Source of the DNA: a virus
Length of the DNA: 34,201 bases
IMG/VR virus record: IMGVR_UViG_3300047383_000085
Span: 1-34,201 of that record
Strand: one strand, 5' to 3'
A model generated the notes under the pieces. The model did no database searches. It had not been told where the DNA came from and saw nothing but the letters and a program-made list of their open reading frames with translations. Shown here one piece after another: positions 6,994 to 14,133 of the stretch (the first letter of the stretch is position 1; each line of letters begins with the position of its first letter). A program made the position numbers and the translations under genes.

Positions 6994-7197
6994 TTATGCT
7001 ATTGCTTGCTCTTCGTAATTGTCGATGTAATGGCGCAGAATTTTAGAAACTTCTTTGGGTGAATAATCTATAAATTTATTTCTATATTCAAAATCATCGT
7101 CAAAATAATTGTGCATAGATACTTCAATTAAACTGTGATGCACAGTTATAAACATAAAATAATTTTTATAATTTTCTTGGTATTCTTCAATTATCAT
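6994..7197 (-). CDS. Hypothetical acidic/aromatic 67-aa protein, first gene of the leftward operon
   Basis: ATG is preceded by AAGGAGAG. It lies directly downstream of the divergent promoter region. Confidence 0.6.
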   Translation of the reverse strand: MIIEEYQENYKNYFMFITVHHSLIEVSMHNYFDDDFEYRNKFIDYSPKEVSKILRHYIDNYEEQAIA

Positions 7198-7232
7198 TTT
7201 TACTCTCCTTAATTAGTTAATGAACACTATCT

Positions 7233-7260
7233 ATAATACGCACATTTTCACACATTGCAA
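7233..7260 (-). promoter_or_regulatory. Sigma70-like promoter candidate for the leftward operon
   Basis: On the minus strand: TTGCAA (7255-7260), a 16-nt spacer, then TATTAT (7233-7238). The overlapping plus strand reads TATAAT at 7232-7237. The surrounding 165-bp gap is AT-rich with TTAATTA repeats. Confidence 0.45.
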
Positions 7261-7362
7261 CATATTTATATAAATTAATTATGGGTTTTTGTGTAAATCC
7301 TTTAATATAAAGGCATAAGGGAACATTAATTAATTACAATTAATTACTAATAAAAATGAATT

Positions 7363-7815
7363 ATGGAACAAAAAACGCCTAAAAAGAGAGGAAGAAAGGC
7401 TTTAATTCTCACACAAGATCAAATTAATCAAATCGAGTATCTTTGTTCTTTAAACATGGGAATCATGGACGTCTGCCGAAGTTTGGGGATTAGTTGGAGT
7501 TCGTTCGATAAAAATCGAAAGAAAAAACAAGAAATAAATGACGCAATCGAGAGGGGAAAAGCTAAAGGATTGCAAAGAGCAACTTCTAAACTTATGGAAA
7601 AAATAGAGGATGGCGAATTTCAAGCGATCCAGTTCTATCTCAAATCAGCCGATCGCGAGCGCTGGGCAGAAAAAGCTGAAATTTCCCATACTTTAAATTT
7701 AAGCGAGATCATATCGAGCGCCAACGCGCGCATAATCGAACACAAAGGCGAAGCGCTAGCGCACGCGCCCGAAGAGATCGACATAAAACAATTAAACAAG
7801 GCCACGAAGTCATGA
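7363..7815 (+). CDS. terS: Terminase small subunit-like HTH protein
   Basis: N-terminal basic segment plus HTH (QINQIEYLCSLNMGIMDVCRSLGIS), then ...AIQFYLKSADRERWAEK, typical of small terminases. It lies upstream of TerL. Confidence 0.6.
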   Translation: MEQKTPKKRGRKALILTQDQINQIEYLCSLNMGIMDVCRSLGISWSSFDKNRKKKQEINDAIERGKAKGLQRATSKLMEKIEDGEFQAIQFYLKSADRERWAEKAEISHTLNLSEIISSANARIIEHKGEALAHAPEEIDIKQLNKATKS

Positions 7816-8079
7816 GAGCTTGCGCACGGGGTAATTATCTTCTCCCTTGTACCTACCCACGCGCACGAACGCGCGAAGCTCTAGCGCCACTCTCCGCGCT
7901 TCTGATAGCGCGTTCACTTAATTACAGTCTAGGCGCGCGCTAGGGTGATAGTAAACACTTACTATAATGAAAGTTAGTACTTACTATCGCTGTAGACCCC
8001 CCAGCTTCGTTCAGGGCGCGGGGCAGTGTACATGGAACTCTTGCGATAATTTTTTTTAATTTTTTTTTAAATTTTTTTT
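7816..8079. other. 264-bp structured GC-rich non-coding spacer ending in three phased T-tracts
   Basis: No credible ORF. 37 of 60 G+C at 7861-7920. It carries CTAGCGC/GCGCTAG motifs, mutually exclusive hairpins and T8-AA-T9-AAA-T8 directly before the TerL ATG. Confidence 0.8.
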
Positions 8080-9612
8080 ATGAAATATAAAGCCGAAGAC
8101 GAAAAGAGATTGATGACAGAGATATGGTCAGTCAATGTAAAAGACGATCCATTAAATTTTGTTAAGTTTGCTTTCCCATGGGGAATGAAAGACACCCCCC
8201 TCGAAGACTTTAAAGGCCCGCGTAAGTGGCAGGAAAAAATTTTGCGAGAAATGACAATCCATATTGCTAGAAATGGCACTAGGGATTTACCAGAGATGTT
8301 TAGAATGGCTGTAGCTTCAGGTCGTGGTATTGGTAAGTCTGCTTTGGTTGCATGGATTATTCTTTGGATGTTGTCCACAAGACTGGGGGCTACCATCATA
8401 GTAACCGCTAACACCGAACAACAGCTTAGAAGTAGAACTTGGGCTGAACTTGGTAAGTGGATGACTCTTGCAATCAACTCTCATTGGTTTCAAAAAACAG
8501 CAACCACAGTCAAACCAGCACCTTGGTTTCAAGAAGCGCTAGAGCGCGACCTCAAGATTGATACTGGTTATTACTACGCGCAGGCGCAACTATGGTCAGA
8601 AGAAAATCCAGATGCCTTTGCGGGTATTCACAGCTCCTACGGGGTCTGTTTAATCATGGATGAGGCTTCGGGTATACCTTCGCCCATCTACAGCGTATCC
8701 GAGGGTTTCTTCTCTGAACCAACATCCAATCGTTACTGGTTTACTTTCTCCAACCCGCGCCGAAACACAGGCCCATTCTACGATTCCTTTAATAGCAAAA
8801 AGCGCTTTTGGCAAAATGTACAAATCGACTCGCGCACAGTCGAAGGCACTGACCAAAAGCTCTTCCAATCGATGATCGAGCAGTATGGCGAAGATTCCAC
8901 AGTCGCGCGCGTGGAGGTCATGGGCGAGTTTCCTAGCGCGGACGATGATACTGTCATACCGCTTGACTTAGTGCGCGGTGCGGTAGAACGCGATGTCACG
9001 CTCACCGCGAATGAACCAATCGTTTGGGGTTTGGATGTTGCGCGATTCGGTGGCGATAACAGTGCGCTGTGCGTGCGCCAGGGAAACACTGTCTTAGAAA
9101 TAAAATCATTTGCCTCCATGGACTTGATGCAACTTTGTGGTGTGGTTAAAAACCGCTACGATGATTGTACTGTGATGGAAAGACCGCAAGAGATCTTGGT
9201 CGATGTGATTGGACTTGGTGCTGGGGTGGTTGATCGATTGCGTGAGCAAAATTTACCAGTGCGCGGGGTGAATGTGGCAGAAGCTCCAAGTACCAAAAAG
9301 AACTATTTGAACTTGCGAGCTGAGTTATGGTTTGCGATTAAGGATTGGCTGGCGCAGCGTGATTGCCGACTTCCTAATGATGATGAGCTTGTATCAGAAT
9401 TAGCTGCGCCTCTTTACAAATATACTTCGACTGGAAAAATAAAGATAGAGTCAAAAGATGAAATGCGCAAACGCGGAATAAAATCTCCAGACAAAGCAGA
9501 TGCACTTGCATTGACCATGGCAAGTTCGGCTGCAAGTTTTAGTGGAAGCGAGAGTTATTTCGGTTATAATTTCAAAAAACCTTTAAAATCTCGAATCATT
9601 CGAGTGGGATAA
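8080..9612 (+). CDS. terL: Terminase large subunit
   Basis: Walker A-like VASGRGIGKS and Walker B-like CLIMDEAS. C-terminal RNase H-like nuclease motifs GLDVARFGGDNSAL, LVDVIGLGAGVVDRL and SPDKADALAL. 510 aa. Confidence 0.95.
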   Translation: MKYKAEDEKRLMTEIWSVNVKDDPLNFVKFAFPWGMKDTPLEDFKGPRKWQEKILREMTIHIARNGTRDLPEMFRMAVASGRGIGKSALVAWIILWMLSTRLGATIIVTANTEQQLRSRTWAELGKWMTLAINSHWFQKTATTVKPAPWFQEALERDLKIDTGYYYAQAQLWSEENPDAFAGIHSSYGVCLIMDEASGIPSPIYSVSEGFFSEPTSNRYWFTFSNPRRNTGPFYDSFNSKKRFWQNVQIDSRTVEGTDQKLFQSMIEQYGEDSTVARVEVMGEFPSADDDTVIPLDLVRGAVERDVTLTANEPIVWGLDVARFGGDNSALCVRQGNTVLEIKSFASMDLMQLCGVVKNRYDDCTVMERPQEILVDVIGLGAGVVDRLREQNLPVRGVNVAEAPSTKKNYLNLRAELWFAIKDWLAQRDCRLPNDDELVSELAAPLYKYTSTGKIKIESKDEMRKRGIKSPDKADALALTMASSAASFSGSESYFGYNFKKPLKSRIIRVG

Positions 9613-9615
9613 AAA

Positions 9616-10092
9616 ATGCAGTTGGAAGAATTAATGCAAACTCTTAACTATGCCAAGAAAGGCAGGGGTAGAGATTTTTTAATTCAACAACGCATGAAAA
9701 ATCAAGATCCTATGAATTTACAGAACATGGATGTTTTGCAAAAACAAAAAGGATTGCCATTTGTTGATAGAGTTTTAGAACCAGGTAAATATCCTACTCC
9801 ATCATTACTTGATGATGGCAAGATGCAAACACATCTCATGTCAGCAGAACAAGATGATGAGGGTAACTGGTTTGTATTTCCAAATGTTATAATGCAAAAA
9901 GGTAAATATAAAAAATTTAAAACTGTTAATGCGGCAATGAAAAATGCTAAAAAAACAGGCAACCTTATTTCTTTTGGTAAAGGAGAAAATGCAAAACAAA
10001 AAGCATTAAATTTTTCCGCTAATTATAAGCCAGAAGAATTTAAAGAATTTTATAAGGGCGTACAAGAAAAAACAGGCGGACTGTTAAACTAG
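9616..10092 (+). CDS. Hypothetical 158-aa Lys-rich protein between TerL and portal
   Basis: ORF tightly packed between TerL and the portal gene. No motif recognised. Confidence 0.6.
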   Translation: MQLEELMQTLNYAKKGRGRDFLIQQRMKNQDPMNLQNMDVLQKQKGLPFVDRVLEPGKYPTPSLLDDGKMQTHLMSAEQDDEGNWFVFPNVIMQKGKYKKFKTVNAAMKNAKKTGNLISFGKGENAKQKALNFSANYKPEEFKEFYKGVQEKTGGLLN

Positions 10093-10101
10093 GTAAAATA
10101 A

Positions 10102-12249
10102 ATGGCAAAAGATTACGAAGACAAAATGGAAGATGTGGTTAGTTCTGAAACTGACATGGAGCATCTTGCTGGTGTTATTAAATCAGAGATGGATGATGCA
10201 AAAGATTTCATTCATCAAGTGGGTGCAGAGCGAGCAGAATCTACAGAATATTATTTAGGTGAGCAACCACAAGCACAATCTAGCATGCAGTCTGAATTTG
10301 TTTCGACTGATGTTAGAGATAGCATTTTGTTTATGCTTCCATCTATCATGCGTACATTCTTTGGCACTAAAAAGATTGTTGAATTTGTACCGCATGGTCC
10401 AGAAGATATCCCTGTTGCCGAGCAACAAACTAACTATGTTAATTACATCATTCAAGAAAAAAACCAAGGCTTTCAAGTTTTATACGATGCGTTTAAAGAT
10501 GCGTTGGTTAGAAAGAGTGGTTTTGTCAAAGTCTTTTGGGATGATTCTATTTTAGCATCTACCAGCGAATACACAGACTTAGATCCTGTTTCATATCAAG
10601 CCTTAGTGCTTGATCCTAATGTAGAGGTTGTTAAAGAATCTGTCACCATGGAAATGATGACCCAGGTTGATCCTCTGTCTGGCGAAGAAGTAACACAAGA
10701 GATTCCTGCTAAGTACGATGTAACCATTCGTAGAGTTAAAGCCAAAGATCAAGTGTGTATTGAATCCATACCACCCGAAGAAGTTTTAATTTCACGCAAC
10801 GCGCGCGATCTTGAATCTGCATCTTATGTCGCGCACCGCATGATTAAATCTGTTTCTGATTTGGTTGCTATGGGTTATGACCAAGACGAAATAGAACAAT
10901 ACGCAACCCAAAGCTCAAGCGCGGTTGACCCAGAAGCCTTTGATGAGATAGAAGCAAGAAATCCATTTGACAACATGGTGTACCCAGACAGAAATGATAC
11001 TGGGGCGAAAGAAGTTTTATATGTTGAACATTATCTTTTTTATGACTTTGATGGCGATGGCATTGATGAAAGAATTAGAGTTTGTACTGCGGGTGAAGGT
11101 GTGAATGTGTTGAATGTAGAACAATGGGATGATTTACCTATTGCTATGTTCTGCCCAGATCCTGAACCACATACTGCAATCGGTTCGTGTCCAGCGGATT
11201 ACTTAAAGCCTATCCAAGCTGCAAAATCCCAAATTATGCGAGATACCCTTGATTCGCTTGGACACTCTATCTTTCCTCGTATGGCTGTTGTTGAAGGTCA
11301 AGTCAATATTGACGATGTACTCAATACTGATATCGGACAGCCCATTCGAGTTCGCGCCCCTGGGATGGTTCAACCCTTTACAGTACCCTTCGCTGGTAAA
11401 GAGGCTTTCCCTGTTCTTGGATACCTCGATGAAGCAAAAGAGAATAGGACTGGTGTGTCTAAAGCCTCTGCTGGCTTAAATGCAGATGCTTTGCAATCAA
11501 GCACCAGTGCAGCTGTGTCCGCTACCATGTCAGGAGCGCAAGGCCGAATAGAAATTATTTGCAGACATTTTGCAGAGGGTGGACTCAAACAACTCTTTAA
11601 AATTACTAACAACTTAATTATCAAACATCAAAATGCACAAGATGTATTTAGACTAGAGGGTCAATTTATTCCTGTTGATCCTAGATACTGGGAATCAGAT
11701 AAAGACATGGTTGTTAATGTGGCTATCTCTAAATCTTCTGATGAAGAGAAGTTTGCAATACTTGCACAGCTTGCAGGCAAACAAGAACAAATCATGCAAA
11801 CTCTTGGGCCAAGCAATCCATTGGTATCCATGCAACAATATTCTAATACTTTGACTCGCATGATCGAGATGGCTGGATTTAAAGATCCACAAGCGTTTAT
11901 TAATACGCAAGTACCACCTATGCCTCCGCAACCGCCTGAGTCACAACAACCTGATGCAGCTACCATGCTCGCACAAGCAGAAGCTATGAAAGCGCAAAAC
12001 CAAGCGCAGAAAGCTATCATTGATGCTGAGACTGATCGCATGAAGATCATTATGGATGATGATAGAAACAGAGATGAGACAGAAGCGCAGATTAGACTTA
12101 AAGCAGCAGAATTAACTGCTAAGTATGGCGCACAAGTCAACATTGCAGAGATAAATGCTATCATGGAGCGTGACCGAGAAAACATTAGGCAAACTGCAAA
12201 AGATCAAGCTCAAGGACTATTTACTGGCAATGGCAATCAAACTATATAA
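10102..12249 (+). CDS. Portal protein
   Basis: 715 aa, immediately after TerL. It has a long C-terminal Ala/Gln/Glu-rich helical tail (AEAMKAQNQAQKAIIDAETDRMK...) like P22-type portal barrels. Confidence 0.85.
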   Translation: MAKDYEDKMEDVVSSETDMEHLAGVIKSEMDDAKDFIHQVGAERAESTEYYLGEQPQAQSSMQSEFVSTDVRDSILFMLPSIMRTFFGTKKIVEFVPHGPEDIPVAEQQTNYVNYIIQEKNQGFQVLYDAFKDALVRKSGFVKVFWDDSILASTSEYTDLDPVSYQALVLDPNVEVVKESVTMEMMTQVDPLSGEEVTQEIPAKYDVTIRRVKAKDQVCIESIPPEEVLISRNARDLESASYVAHRMIKSVSDLVAMGYDQDEIEQYATQSSSAVDPEAFDEIEARNPFDNMVYPDRNDTGAKEVLYVEHYLFYDFDGDGIDERIRVCTAGEGVNVLNVEQWDDLPIAMFCPDPEPHTAIGSCPADYLKPIQAAKSQIMRDTLDSLGHSIFPRMAVVEGQVNIDDVLNTDIGQPIRVRAPGMVQPFTVPFAGKEAFPVLGYLDEAKENRTGVSKASAGLNADALQSSTSAAVSATMSGAQGRIEIICRHFAEGGLKQLFKITNNLIIKHQNAQDVFRLEGQFIPVDPRYWESDKDMVVNVAISKSSDEEKFAILAQLAGKQEQIMQTLGPSNPLVSMQQYSNTLTRMIEMAGFKDPQAFINTQVPPMPPQPPESQQPDAATMLAQAEAMKAQNQAQKAIIDAETDRMKIIMDDDRNRDETEAQIRLKAAELTAKYGAQVNIAEINAIMERDRENIRQTAKDQAQGLFTGNGNQTI

Positions 12250-12403
12250 CCTAGAAGTGTTAGTTGACGATTTAGTTTATGTCGGTAGTGATATTAGAGC
12301 CAAAAGCCAAGAAGATGCAGTTAGAATACTTGGTATTATCTCAGGTGGTGAAGTAACCGAGGATTCAGAAGTATTAAGCTGTGAGGAGAAAACTTTACAC
12401 TAA
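12230..12403 (+). CDS. Hypothetical acidic 57-aa protein
   Basis: ATG at 12230 lies inside the portal 3' end. TAATG junction with the next gene. The start is uncertain. Confidence 0.4.
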   Translation: MAIKLYNLEVLVDDLVYVGSDIRAKSQEDAVRILGIISGGEVTEDSEVLSCEEKTLH

Positions 12404-12675
12404 TGGCAATTACATACAGAGGCGAAAGGTTTAGCGGTTATAACAAACCCAAAAGAACACCTAATCACAAAACAAAATCACACGCAGTTTTAGCCAAGGT
12501 TGGTGATATCATAAAACTTATACGCTTTGGTCAACAGGGTGTTAGTGGTGCTGGTAAAAATCCCCAGTCTGCAAAAGGTAAAGCCAGAAGAAAATCATTT
12601 AAGGCTAGACACGCTAAAAATATTTCTAAAGGAAAATTGTCAGCAGCTTATTGGGCTGATAAAGTAAAGTGGTAA
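12403..12675 (+). CDS. Small basic protein (90 aa)
   Basis: Lys/Arg-rich, with a C-terminal RRKSFKARHAKNISKGKLSAAYWADKVKW motif. First of four consecutive basic ORFs. Confidence 0.65.
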   Translation: MAITYRGERFSGYNKPKRTPNHKTKSHAVLAKVGDIIKLIRFGQQGVSGAGKNPQSAKGKARRKSFKARHAKNISKGKLSAAYWADKVKW

Positions 12676-12678
12676 ATT

Positions 12679-12867
12679 ATGAATAGAAAGTTTAAAAAAG
12701 TTCCGAAGACTAAGGGCGGTGTTCCAAAGAAATATGTTAGTGGAGCAAAAAACCCAAAGGCAAGAGAAGCAGAAATTAAAAAAACTTCTGCTTTATATAA
12801 GGCTGGTAAACTTACACCAGCTATGATGAATAGAATCGCAAAACAAAGGGCTAAAAGTGTCAAATAA
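12679..12867 (+). CDS. Small hyper-basic protein (62 aa)
   Basis: 20 Lys/Arg in 62 residues by direct count. Confidence 0.6.
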   Translation: MNRKFKKVPKTKGGVPKKYVSGAKNPKAREAEIKKTSALYKAGKLTPAMMNRIAKQRAKSVK

Positions 12868-13096
12868 ACAAGATGTTATAAACAAATATCACAAATCTAG
12901 TGGTATATCAAAAAGCACTTTAGGAAAAGTTTATCAACGAGGAATGGGTGCTTATTACTCTTCTGGTTCTCGTCCTGGACAAACACCGCAATCATGGGCT
13001 GCTGGTCGTGTAAGATCATTTGCTACAGGTAAAGGCGGTGCAAGAGAGGCAGATAAAGATTTATTAAGACCTAAAAAATCAAAAAAAAGGAGCTAA
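12857..13096 (+). CDS. Small basic protein (79 aa)
   Basis: VYQRGMGAYYSSGSRPGQTPQSWAAGRVRSFATGKGG core with a KKSKKRS tail. The start overlaps the upstream gene by 11 nt. Confidence 0.6.
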   Translation: MSNKQDVINKYHKSSGISKSTLGKVYQRGMGAYYSSGSRPGQTPQSWAAGRVRSFATGKGGAREADKDLLRPKKSKKRS

Positions 13097-13098
13097 TT

Positions 13099-13206
13099 AT
13101 GCCAATGGTAGGAAAAAGGAAATACTCATACACAAAAGCTGGTGTGAAAAAAGCAAAAGCTGCTGCTAAGAAGAGCGGTAAAAAAATGACTTATAAGAAA
13201 AAATAA
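13099..13206 (+). CDS. 35-aa H1-tail/protamine-like basic peptide
   Basis: Hand translation: MPMVGKRKYSYTKAGVKKAKAAAKKSGKKMTYKKK, 14 Lys/Arg in 35 residues. AGGAG RBS lies 7 nt upstream. Confidence 0.5.
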   Translation: MPMVGKRKYSYTKAGVKKAKAAAKKSGKKMTYKKK

Positions 13207-13227
13207 GTGAAGCCATCCTCGGCAAAA
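13196..13227. repeat. 32-bp perfect direct repeat, copy 1
   Basis: AGAAAAAATAAGTGAAGCCATCCTCGGCAAAA is identical to 13534-13565, checked base by base at an offset of 338 bp. Mismatches flank both ends. Confidence 0.95.
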
Positions 13228-13236
13228 ACCGAATGA
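13207..13236 (+). pseudogene. Duplicated, truncated 5' end of the nuclease gene at 13545
   Basis: GTG AAG CCA TCC TCG GCA AAA matches the first 7 codons of 13545..13922, then stops after 9 codons. The TGA overlaps the ATG of the ParB-like ORF. Confidence 0.55.
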
Positions 13237-13544
13237 CTCTTTATCAGATGATTAATAAACTTAAACAAGATATGAAAGAAAATCATCATAAAGATTGGCT
13301 TGGATGGGTAGCTAAAAATAAAGTTTTTAAATTAAAAACCATTCCTATAGACTCTGTAGCACCAGCAAATGGTTTGACACTTGACCAAAATAAGATAAAT
13401 AATATGACTAAAAGTGATTTGAGTAATGCTCCTGTTATTGTGGTTCATAAAGATGGCAACATTATTGATGGCAATCATAGACATTCAGCATTAAAGAAAC
13501 AAGGCGCTCAAACAATACAAGTTTACACAGGCGAGAAAAAATAA
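13233..13544 (+). CDS. Stand-alone ParB/Srx-fold (ParB N-terminal nuclease-like) domain protein
   Basis: PVIVVHKDGNIIDGNHRHSALKKQGAQTIQVY matches the ParBc core (P-x-V...DG-x-HR). 103 aa. It is bracketed by the 32-bp repeats. Confidence 0.7.
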   Translation: MTLYQMINKLKQDMKENHHKDWLGWVAKNKVFKLKTIPIDSVAPANGLTLDQNKINNMTKSDLSNAPVIVVHKDGNIIDGNHRHSALKKQGAQTIQVYTGEKK

Positions 13545-13565
13545 GTGAAGCCATCCTCGGCAAAA
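13534..13565. repeat. 32-bp perfect direct repeat, copy 2
   Basis: Identical to 13196-13227. It contains the ParB-like gene stop and the GTG start of the next gene. Confidence 0.95.
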
Positions 13566-13922
13566 GCCAAGGGTCGAAAACTACAGCAATGGGTTGTTGA
13601 TAAACTTGTTGCAATACTTGGTTTTGATCCTGAAGATTTAGAATCAAGACCTATGGGATCTTCTGGCGAAGATGTCATTATGGGCGTTCAATCACGCAAA
13701 CAATTCCCCTACTCAATCGAGTGCAAAAACCAACAAGCAGTTAATGTTTGGAAGGCTTATGAGCAATCTTGTACTAACTGTAAAGATTACGAGCCTTTAG
13801 TTATAATAAAACGAAACAATACTAAACCATTGGCATTAGTCGATGCAGAGTATTTTATTAAACTGCATAAGGATCAAGATGGAACAAGAACCGAAAATAG
13901 AGATACACCAACATCAGAATAA
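13545..13922 (+). CDS. PD-(D/E)XK nuclease, Holliday-junction-resolvase (Hjc)-like
   Basis: KGRKLQQWVVDKL...GSSGEDVIMG...YSIECKN gives a D...E-x-K arrangement with an N-terminal helix, as in archaeal-type resolvases. GTG start. Confidence 0.55.
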   Translation: MKPSSAKAKGRKLQQWVVDKLVAILGFDPEDLESRPMGSSGEDVIMGVQSRKQFPYSIECKNQQAVNVWKAYEQSCTNCKDYEPLVIIKRNNTKPLALVDAEYFIKLHKDQDGTRTENRDTPTSE

Positions 13923-14133
13923 AACTTGGTATAACTTAGCCGAGGGTTTTGATAAATGGCGAGTCTTTCCCAGATTGCTCATTACTTTATATGGTTATGC
14001 TTTCTATAAAACTACTGAATGGTTTATGACCTTACCTGATCCAACCAATTCTCAATCAGCATTTGTTTCTGTTATTGTGGGCGCAGGTGCTGCATGGTTT
14101 GGTTTGTATGTTGGCGGTTCACCTAAAAGATAA
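13879..14133 (+). CDS. Two-TM small membrane protein, holin/antiholin-like
   Basis: Hydrophobic segments RLLITLYGYAFY and AFVSVIVGAGAAWFGLYVGG. ATG at 13879 follows AAGGA. An alternative ATG at 13843 is possible. Confidence 0.5.
   Translation: MEQEPKIEIHQHQNKTWYNLAEGFDKWRVFPRLLITLYGYAFYKTTEWFMTLPDPTNSQSAFVSVIVGAGAAWFGLYVGGSPKR

Noticed and set aside
7812-7943. 43-aa ORF (MRACARGNYLLPCTYPRARTREALAPLSALLIARSLNYSLGAR) overlapping the terS stop by ATGA
   Set aside because: Its Arg/Ala/Leu-rich composition is what a random frame in GC-rich DNA yields, and the region is better explained by repeats and hairpins. It remains a remote possibility.
7816-8079. Possible tRNA or tRNA-like gene in the GC-rich spacer
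   Set aside because: I found no GTTCRA-type T-loop flanked by complementary 5-bp stems and no cloverleaf-compatible acceptor pairing by eye. A tRNAscan-type search should still be run.
8067-9119. Several long minus-strand and alternative-frame ORFs within TerL (8067..8477, 8317..8532, 8650..8868, 8660..8875, 8778..9119)
   Set aside because: The GC-rich composition of TerL suppresses stop codons in other frames. The TerL motifs identify the real frame unambiguously.
11661-12185. 174-aa minus-strand ORF inside the portal gene
   Set aside because: It is antisense to the Ala/Gln/Glu-rich portal tail. Its product is Cys/Ser/Ala-rich low-complexity sequence with no RBS or partner genes, so I treat it as a shadow ORF.
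12648-12863. 71-aa hydrophobic minus-strand ORF opposite the basic-protein genes
   Set aside because: Antisense of AAA/AAG lysine codons gives Phe/Leu runs. This is an artefact of the basic ORFs.
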